From Escherichia phage HP3.2, in the sequence record OP978391.1: a stretch of DNA of 64,000 nt. One strand, 5' to 3'. Numbering within the stretch: the first letter of the stretch is position 1; each line of letters starts with the position of its first letter. Under the pieces are notes generated by a model. The model saw nothing but the letters and a program-made list of their open reading frames with translations, was not told where the DNA came from and did not search any database. The translations under genes and the position numbers were made by a program. Positions 56,667-64,000 of the stretch are shown here, one piece after another.

Positions 56667-58649
56667 ATGGCAAATACCCCTGTAAATTATCAATTAACAA
56701 GAACAGCAAATGCTATTCCCGAGATATTCGTCGGGGGTACGTTTGCTGAAATAAAACAAAACCTCATTGAATGGCTTAATGGCCAAAATGAATTTTTGGA
56801 TTATGATTTTGAAGGCTCAAGATTAAACGTTCTGTGTGACCTTTTGGCTTATAATACATTGTACATTCAGCAGTTTGGTAATGCTGCTGTGTATGAAAGC
56901 TTTATGCGTACTGCTAACTTACGAAGTTCAGTTGTTCAAGCTGCACAAGATAACGGATATTTACCTACTTCAAAATCCGCTGCGCAGACCGAAATTATGT
57001 TAACATGCACCGACGCATTGAATAGGAATTACATTACTATTCCTCGCGGAACTCGCTTTTTAGCATATGCAAAAGATACTTCTGTTAATCCATATAACTT
57101 CGTTTCTACCGAAGACGTTATTGCTATTCGTGATAAAAATAACCAATATTTTCCGCGTTTAAAATTGGCCCAGGGACGTATAGTAAGAACTGAAATCATT
57201 TATGATAAATTAACACCTATTATCATTTATGATAAAAATATTGATAGAAACCAGGTTAAATTATATGTTGATGGAGCGGAATGGATTAACTGGACGAGAA
57301 AGTCAATGGTTCATGCTGGTTCAACATCAACGATTTACTATATGCGTGAAACTATTGATGGAAACACTGAATTCTATTTTGGTGAAGGTGAAATTTCTGT
57401 TAATGCTTCTGAAGGAGCTTTAACTGCCAATTATATCGGAGGTCTTAAACCTACTCAGAACTCTACGATTGTTATTGAGTACATCAGTACTAATGGTGCT
57501 GACGCGAACGGAGCAGTCGGATTTTCATACGCAGATACATTAACAAATATAACTGTCATCAATATTAATGAAAATCCAAACGATGACCCAGATTTTGTTG
57601 GGGCAGATGGCGGCGGTGATCCAGAAGATATTGAGCGTATCCGCGAATTGGGTACTATTAAACGCGAAACCCAGCAACGCTGCGTAACTGCGACTGACTA
57701 TGATACATTCGTTTCAGAGAGATTTGGTTCTATTATTCAAGCAGTTCAGACTTTCACTGATTCTACTAAACCTGGTTATGCATTTATTGCTGCTAAACCT
57801 AAATCAGGTCTGTATTTAACTACTGTACAGCGCGAAGATATTAAAAATTATCTCAAAGACTATAATTTAGCTCCTATTACGCCATCAATTATTTCTCCTA
57901 ATTATCTTTTTATTAAGACTAATTTAAAAGTCACATATGCTTTAAATAAGCTGCAAGAATCCGAACAGTGGCTCGAAGGTCAAATAATTGATAAAATTGA
58001 TCGTTATTATACCGAAGATGTAGAAATTTTTAACTCGTCTTTCGCTAAATCTAAGATGTTAACTTATGTAGATGATGCAGATCATTCTGTCATTGGTTCA
58101 TCAGCGACTATTCAAATGGTTCGTGAAGTACAAAACTTCTATAAAACACCTGAAGCAGGTATTAAATACAATAATCAAATAAAAGATCGTTCTATGGAAT
58201 CTAATACGTTTTCATTTAATTCTGGACGAAAGGTTGTAAATCCTGATACTGGTTTAGAAGAAGATGTATTATATGATGTTCGTATAGTATCAACAGACCG
58301 AGATTCTAAAGGAATTGGTAAAGTTATTATTGGTCCATTTGCTTCTGGCGATGTTACAGAAAATGAAAACATTCAGCCATATACAGGCAATGATTTTAAT
58401 AAATTAGCAAATTCTGATGGACGCGACAAATACTATGTTATCGGTGAAATAAATTATCCGGCTGACATGATTTATTGGAATATCGCTAAAATTAATTTAA
58501 CATCTGAAAAATTTGAGGTTCAGACTATTGAATTATATTCTGACCCAACCGATGATGTTATCTTTACCCGTGATGGTTCACTGATTGTATTTGAAAATGA
58601 TTTACGTCCGCAATACTTAACTATCGATTTGGAGCCTATATCACAATGA
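56667..58649 (+). CDS. 6: Baseplate wedge protein gp6 (660 aa)
   Basis: 660 aa as in T4 gp6. Confidence 0.9.
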   Translation: MANTPVNYQLTRTANAIPEIFVGGTFAEIKQNLIEWLNGQNEFLDYDFEGSRLNVLCDLLAYNTLYIQQFGNAAVYESFMRTANLRSSVVQAAQDNGYLPTSKSAAQTEIMLTCTDALNRNYITIPRGTRFLAYAKDTSVNPYNFVSTEDVIAIRDKNNQYFPRLKLAQGRIVRTEIIYDKLTPIIIYDKNIDRNQVKLYVDGAEWINWTRKSMVHAGSTSTIYYMRETIDGNTEFYFGEGEISVNASEGALTANYIGGLKPTQNSTIVIEYISTNGADANGAVGFSYADTLTNITVININENPNDDPDFVGADGGGDPEDIERIRELGTIKRETQQRCVTATDYDTFVSERFGSIIQAVQTFTDSTKPGYAFIAAKPKSGLYLTTVQREDIKNYLKDYNLAPITPSIISPNYLFIKTNLKVTYALNKLQESEQWLEGQIIDKIDRYYTEDVEIFNSSFAKSKMLTYVDDADHSVIGSSATIQMVREVQNFYKTPEAGIKYNNQIKDRSMESNTFSFNSGRKVVNPDTGLEEDVLYDVRIVSTDRDSKGIGKVIIGPFASGDVTENENIQPYTGNDFNKLANSDGRDKYYVIGEINYPADMIYWNIAKINLTSEKFEVQTIELYSDPTDDVIFTRDGSLIVFENDLRPQYLTIDLEPISQ

Positions 58650-61600
58650 CAGTAAAAGCACCTTCAGTCACTAGTCTCAGAATTTCCAAGTTATCCGCAA
58701 ATCAGATGCAAGTACGCTGGGATGACGTTGGTGCTAATTTCTACTATTTTGTAGAAATCGCTGAGACAAAAACAGACTCGGGGGAAAATCTCCCGAGTGA
58801 TCAATATCGTTGGATTAATTTAGGATATACAGCAAACAATAGTTTCTTTTTTGATGATGCTGATCCACTAACATCATACATCATTAGAGTAGCTACAGCT
58901 GCACAAGATTTTGAGCAATCTGATTGGGTTTATACGGAAGAGTTTGAAACTTTTGCTACGAATGCTTACACATTTCAAAACATGATTGAAATGCAATTAG
59001 CCAATAAATTCATTCAGGAAAAGTTTACTCTTAACAATTCTAATTATGTCAATTTTAATAATGACACTATAATGGCTGCATTGATGAATGAATCATTTCA
59101 ATTCAGCCCATCGTATGTTGATGTTTCATCAATAAGTAATTTTATTATTGGTGAAAATGAGTATCATGAAATACAAGGTTCTATTCAGCAAGTATGTAAG
59201 GATATTAACCGAGTTTATTTGATGGAATCAGAAGGAATTCTATATCTTTTTGAGCGCTATCAACCTGTAGTTAAAGTATCCAATGATAAAGGACAAACCT
59301 GGAAAGCCGTAAAGCTCTTCAATGACCGTGTAGGATATCCTTTATCTAAGACAGTATATTACCAATCTGCGAACACAACATACGTTCTAGGATACGACAA
59401 GATTTTCTATGGCCGTAAATCGACTGACGTTAGATGGTCAGCAGATGATGTCAGATTCAGTTCGCAGGATATAACATTTGCTAAACTTGGCGACCAGTTA
59501 CATTTAGGATTTGATGTAGAAATCTTTGGTACTTATGCGACTTTACCAGCGAATGTATATCGTATAGCTGAAGCCATTACTTGTACGGATGATTATATCT
59601 ATGTTGTTGCCAGAGATAAAGTTAGATATATAAAAACGAGCAATGCACCTATAGATTCTGATCCATTATCTCCAACATATTCAGAAAGGCTATTTGAACC
59701 TGATACAATGACTATAACTGGAAATCCTAAAGCAGTATGCTATAAAATGGATTCTATTGGTGATAAAGTTTTTGCTCTTATTATCGGTGAAGTTGAAACA
59801 TTAAATGCTAATCCTAGAACGTCAAAAATAATTGATTCTGCTGATAAAGGAATATATGTTTTAAATCATGACACAAAAACGTGGAAAAGAGTTTTTGGCA
59901 ACACTGAAGAAGAAAGAAGACGTATTCAACCTGGGTATGCGAATATGTCAACTGATGGTAAATTAGTTTCTCTATCTTCGAGTAATTTTAAATTTTTAAA
60001 TGATAACGTTGTTAATGACCCTGAAACTGTAGCAAAATATCAGTTAATCGGTGCCGTTAAATATGAATTTCCTCGTGAATGGTTAGCTGATAAGCATTAT
60101 CATATGATGGCATTTATAGCAGATGAAAAGTCTGATTGGGAAACTTTTACGCCTCAGCCAATGAAATACTATGCAGAACCATTCTTTAACTGGTCTAAAA
60201 AGTCTAATACACGGTGCTGGATAAACAACTCTAATAGAGCTGTAGTAGTTTATGCTGATTTAAAATACACTAAAGTTATAGAAAATATTCCGGAAACATC
60301 ACCAGATAGATTAGTTCATGAATACTGGGATGATGGTGATTGTACGATAGTAATGCCAAATGTTAAATTCACGGGATTTAAAAAATATGCGTCTGGGATG
60401 CTTTTTTATAAATCTTCTGGTGAAATAATTTCTTATTATGATTTTAACTATCGTGTGAGAGATACAGTAGAAATTATTTGGAAGCCGACTGGAGTATTTT
60501 TAAAAGCATTTTTACAAAACCAAGAGCATGAGACTCCTTGGTCGCCAGAAGAAGAGCATGGATTAGCTGACCCTGATTTAAGACCATTAATTGGCACAAT
60601 GATGCCTGATTCTTATTTGTTGCAGGATTCGAATTTTGAGGCATTTTGTGAAGCATATATTCAATATCTTTCTGACGGATACGGAACTCAGTATAATAAT
60701 TTACGAAATTTAATTCGTAATCAGTATCCACGAGAAGAGCATGCGTGGGAATATTTGTGGTCAGAGATATATAAAAGAAACATTTATTTAAATGCTGACA
60801 AACGTGATGCTGTTGCAAGATTTTTTGAATCACGTAGTTATGATTTTTATTCTACTAAAGGAATTGAAGCATCATACAAATTTCTTTTTAAAGTTCTTTA
60901 TAATGAAGAAGTTGAAATTGAAATTGAATCTGGGGCTGGTACTGAATATGACATAATCGTTCAATCTGATTCTTTGACTGAAGATTTAGTAGGACAAACG
61001 ATTTATACAGCCACAGGAAGATGTAATGTTACTTATATAGAAAGAAGTTATTCTAATGGTAAATTGCAATGGACCGTAACTATTCATAATCTTTTGGGAA
61101 GATTAATTGCTGGTCAAGAAGTTAAAGCAGAAAGACTCCCTAGTTTTGAAGGCGAAATTATTCGTGGAGTTAAAGGAAAGGATTTGCTTCAAAACAATAT
61201 AGACTATATTAATAGAAGTAGATCATACTATGTAATGAAAATTAAATCCAATTTACCTTCTTCCCGCTGGAAATCTGACGTTATTCGTTTTGTTCATCCA
61301 GTAGGATTTGGATTTATAGCAATTACCCTTTTAACGATGTTTATTAATGTTGGTTTAACTCTTAAACATACAGAGACTATAATTAATAAATACAAAAACT
61401 ATAAATGGGATTCTGGATTGCCTACTGAATATGCTGATAGAGTAGCTAAATTAACTCCAACCGGTGAAATTGAGTATGATTCAGTAACAGGCGAAGCAAT
61501 TTATGAGCCTGGCCCAATGGCTGGTGTAGAATATCCTCTTCCTGATGACTATAATGCTGAAAATAATAATTCAATATTTCAAGGTCAATTGCCGTCTGAA

Positions 61601-61744
61601 CGACGTAAATTAATGAGTCCCCTATTTGATGCTTCTGGAACAACATTTGCGCAATTTAGGGATTTAGTTAATAAACGTCTAAAAGATAATATAGGAAATC
61701 CAAGAGACCCTGAAAATCCAACACAGGTTAAAATAGATGAATGA
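58646..61744 (+). CDS. 7: Baseplate wedge protein gp7 (1032 aa)
   Basis: 1032 aa as in T4 gp7; overlaps gene 6 stop. Confidence 0.9.
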   Translation: MTVKAPSVTSLRISKLSANQMQVRWDDVGANFYYFVEIAETKTDSGENLPSDQYRWINLGYTANNSFFFDDADPLTSYIIRVATAAQDFEQSDWVYTEEFETFATNAYTFQNMIEMQLANKFIQEKFTLNNSNYVNFNNDTIMAALMNESFQFSPSYVDVSSISNFIIGENEYHEIQGSIQQVCKDINRVYLMESEGILYLFERYQPVVKVSNDKGQTWKAVKLFNDRVGYPLSKTVYYQSANTTYVLGYDKIFYGRKSTDVRWSADDVRFSSQDITFAKLGDQLHLGFDVEIFGTYATLPANVYRIAEAITCTDDYIYVVARDKVRYIKTSNAPIDSDPLSPTYSERLFEPDTMTITGNPKAVCYKMDSIGDKVFALIIGEVETLNANPRTSKIIDSADKGIYVLNHDTKTWKRVFGNTEEERRRIQPGYANMSTDGKLVSLSSSNFKFLNDNVVNDPETVAKYQLIGAVKYEFPREWLADKHYHMMAFIADEKSDWETFTPQPMKYYAEPFFNWSKKSNTRCWINNSNRAVVVYADLKYTKVIENIPETSPDRLVHEYWDDGDCTIVMPNVKFTGFKKYASGMLFYKSSGEIISYYDFNYRVRDTVEIIWKPTGVFLKAFLQNQEHETPWSPEEEHGLADPDLRPLIGTMMPDSYLLQDSNFEAFCEAYIQYLSDGYGTQYNNLRNLIRNQYPREEHAWEYLWSEIYKRNIYLNADKRDAVARFFESRSYDFYSTKGIEASYKFLFKVLYNEEVEIEIESGAGTEYDIIVQSDSLTEDLVGQTIYTATGRCNVTYIERSYSNGKLQWTVTIHNLLGRLIAGQEVKAERLPSFEGEIIRGVKGKDLLQNNIDYINRSRSYYVMKIKSNLPSSRWKSDVIRFVHPVGFGFIAITLLTMFINVGLTLKHTETIINKYKNYKWDSGLPTEYADRVAKLTPTGEIEYDSVTGEAIYEPGPMAGVEYPLPDDYNAENNNSIFQGQLPSERRKLMSPLFDASGTTFAQFRDLVNKRLKDNIGNPRDPENPTQVKIDE

Positions 61745-62741
61745 TTCAAGTGTTATCTATCGTGCGATAGTTACTTCAAAATTTAGAACAGAAAAAATGC
61801 TGAATTTTTATAATTCAATTGGAAGTGGTCCGGATAAAAACACTATCTTTATCACATTTGGAAGATCAGAACCGTGGTCATCAAATGAAAATGAGGTGGG
61901 CTTTGCCCCACCTTATCCAACCGATTCTGTATTAGGCGTAACTGACATGTGGACGCATATGATGGGAACAGTAAAAGTTCTTCCATCAATGCTTGATGCT
62001 GTTATTCCTCGCAGAGATTGGGGAGATACTAGATATCCGGATCCATACACATTTAGAATTAACGATATTGTAGTGTGTAACTCAGCTCCTTACAACGCTA
62101 CTGAATCAGGCGCAGGCTGGTTAGTATATCGTTGTTTAGATGTTCCTGATACCGGAATGTGTTCAATAGCATCTTTAACTAATAAGGATGAATGCCTCAA
62201 ATTAGGCGGAAAATGGACTCCTTCTGTTAGGTCAATGACTCCTCCTGAAGGTCGAGGAGATGCGGAAGGAACAATCGAACCTGGAGACGGATATGTTTGG
62301 GAATATCTTTTTGAGATTCCGCCCGATGTATCTATAAATAGATGCACAAATGAATATATCGTAGTTCCTTGGCCTGAGGAATTAAAAGAAGACCCAACTA
62401 GATGGGGGTATGAAGATAATCTCACTTGGCAACAAGATGATTTTGGATTAATTTACCGGGTTAAGGCAAATACTATCCGTTTTAAAGCATATTTAGATTC
62501 AGTTTACTTTCCTGATGCTGCATTGCCAGGAAATAAAGGATTTAGACAAATATCAATAATCACAAATCCTCTTGAAGCTAAAGCTCATCCAAATGACCCA
62601 AATGTTAAAGCTGAAAAGGATTATTATGATCCAGAAGATTTAATGAGGCATTCGGGCGAAATGATTTATATGGAAAATAGGCCACCTATTATCATGGCAA
62701 TGGATCAGACAGAAGAAATCAATATTCTGTTTACATTTTAA
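61737..62741 (+). CDS. 8: Baseplate wedge protein gp8 (334 aa)
   Basis: 334 aa as in T4 gp8. Confidence 0.9.
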   Translation: MNDSSVIYRAIVTSKFRTEKMLNFYNSIGSGPDKNTIFITFGRSEPWSSNENEVGFAPPYPTDSVLGVTDMWTHMMGTVKVLPSMLDAVIPRRDWGDTRYPDPYTFRINDIVVCNSAPYNATESGAGWLVYRCLDVPDTGMCSIASLTNKDECLKLGGKWTPSVRSMTPPEGRGDAEGTIEPGDGYVWEYLFEIPPDVSINRCTNEYIVVPWPEELKEDPTRWGYEDNLTWQQDDFGLIYRVKANTIRFKAYLDSVYFPDAALPGNKGFRQISIITNPLEAKAHPNDPNVKAEKDYYDPEDLMRHSGEMIYMENRPPIIMAMDQTEEINILFTF

Positions 62742-62746
62742 ATTAA

Positions 62747-62765
62747 GGGAGCCCATGGGCTCCCT
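62747..62765 (+). terminator. Intrinsic terminator after gene 8
   Basis: GGGAGCCC-AUG-GGCUCCC hairpin followed by UUUUUC. Confidence 0.6.
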
Positions 62766-62772
62766 TTTTCTT

Positions 62773-62780
62773 TATAAATA
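62773..62780 (+). promoter_or_regulatory. Late promoter for gene 9
   Basis: TATAAATA about 25 nt upstream of the gene 9 ATG. Confidence 0.6.
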
Positions 62781-62804
62781 CTATAAACTCATAAGGAAAC
62801 CGCT

Positions 62805-63671
62805 ATGTTCATTCAAGAACCAAAGAAATTGATTGATACCGGCGAAATTGGTAACGCTTCTACTGGTGATATCTTATTCGACGGTGGTAATAAAATTAAT
62901 AGTGATTTTAACGCAATTTATAATGCGTTTGGCGATCAGCGTAAAATGGCAGTAGCAAATGGCACTGGAGCAGATGGTCAAATTATCCATGCTACTGGAT
63001 ATTATCAAAAGCACTCTATCGCGGAGTACGCAACTCCAGTGAAAGTTGGCACTAGACATGATATTGATACCTCTACTGTAGGTGTTAAAGTTATTATTGA
63101 AAGAGGAGAACTTGGCGATTGTGTTGAATTCATTAACTCTAATGGATCAATATCAGTTACTAATCCTTTAACGATTCAGGCTATTGATTCAATTAAAGGC
63201 GTTTCAGGTAATTTAGTAGTAACTAGTCCATATAGTAAAGTTACTTTACGTTGTATTTCATCTGATAATTCTACGTCGGTTTGGAATTATTCTATTGAAA
63301 GTATGTTTGGTCAAAAGGAATCACCGGCCGAAGGTACATGGAATATTTCTACATCTGGGTCAGTTGACATTCCATTGTTTCATCGTACTGAATATAACAT
63401 GGCTAAATTGTTAGTTACATGCCAATCAGTAGATGGAAGAAAAATTAAAACGGCAGAAATAAATATTCTTGTAGATACTGTTAATTCAGCGGTCATTTCT
63501 TCTGAATATGCTGTCATGCGGGTTGGAAATGAAACAGAAGAAGACGAAATCGCTAATATTGCATTTAGTATTAAAGAAAATTATGTAACGGCAACTATAA
63601 GTTCTTCAACTGTCGGTATGAGAGCAGCAGTTAAAGTTATCGCTACGCAGAAAATCGGGGTGGCTCAATAA
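62805..63671 (+). CDS. 9: Baseplate wedge / tail-fibre socket protein gp9 (288 aa)
   Basis: 288 aa as in T4 gp9. Confidence 0.9.
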   Translation: MFIQEPKKLIDTGEIGNASTGDILFDGGNKINSDFNAIYNAFGDQRKMAVANGTGADGQIIHATGYYQKHSIAEYATPVKVGTRHDIDTSTVGVKVIIERGELGDCVEFINSNGSISVTNPLTIQAIDSIKGVSGNLVVTSPYSKVTLRCISSDNSTSVWNYSIESMFGQKESPAEGTWNISTSGSVDIPLFHRTEYNMAKLLVTCQSVDGRKIKTAEINILVDTVNSAVISSEYAVMRVGNETEEDEIANIAFSIKENYVTATISSSTVGMRAAVKVIATQKIGVAQ

Positions 63672-64000
63672 TGAAACAAAATATTAATATCGGTAATGTT
63701 GTTGATGATGGTACCGGTGACTACCTGCGTAAAGGTGGTATAAAAATAAATGAAAACTTTGATGAACTTTATTATGAACTTGGCGATGGAGATGTTCCAT
63801 ATTCAGCCGGTGCCTGGAAAACTTATAATGCTTCATCCGGTCAAACATTAAAAGCTAAGTGGGGAAAATCATACGCTATTAATACCTCTTCTGGAAGAGT
63901 AACTTTACAACTTCCTAAAGGAACTGTTAATGATTATAATAAAGTAATTAGAGCTAGGGATGTATTTGCAACATGGAACATTAATCCAGTTACTTTAGTA
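63671..64000 (+). CDS. 10: Baseplate protein gp10, N-terminal fragment (continues beyond window end)
   Basis: ATG overlaps the gene 9 stop (TAATG); translation MKQNINIGNVVDDGTGDYLRKGGIKINENFDELYYELGDG... Confidence 0.8.
   Translation, partial: MKQNINIGNVVDDGTGDYLRKGGIKINENFDELYYELGDGDVPYSAGAWKTYNASSGQTLKAKWGKSYAINTSSGRVTLQLPKGTVNDYNKVIRARDVFATWNINPVTLV

Overview
This 64-kb window reads as one contiguous block of a T4-like (T-even) coliphage genome, collinear with the phage T4 map from the start of helicase gene 41 to the start of gene 10. Most genes are on the minus strand, in this order: 41 (partial), 40, uvsX, a non-beta-gt gene at the beta-gt locus, 42, imm, 43, regA, 62, 44, 45, rpbA, 46, 47, alpha-gt, 55, nrdH, nrdG, an HNH mob gene, nrdD, 49, pin, nrdC, an ~11-kb hyperplastic region, rI, tk, the vs/regB cluster, denV, e, nudE, 11 tRNAs, internal-protein-like genes, 57B, 57A, 1, 3, 2, 4. 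The right end carries plus-strand late baseplate genes 53, 5, 5.1, 5.4, 6, 7, 8, 9 and the start of 10. Calls rest on gene order, protein length and motifs read from the ORF translations, compared with T4 from memory; no database search was run, so T4 gene names for small ORFs are positional guesses. Regulatory signals are dense and recognisable: repeated T4-type early promoters (GTTTAC-N17-TAnnAT), a MotA-box middle promoter, TATAAATA late promoters, GC-stem/UUCG-loop terminators and the gp43 translational operator. The best candidate for an uncharacterised system is an insulated P-loop ATPase + minimal nucleotidyltransferase + membrane-protein module in the nrdC-tk region, next to a tandem array of diverged paralogs. 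Other differences from canonical T4 are a half host-like GrcA-type glycyl-radical gene, a macro-domain-like gene, four internal-protein-like genes with capsid-targeting N-termini, three extra tRNAs (Tyr, Asn, His), an intron-less nrdD, and no ipII/ipIII between denV and e.
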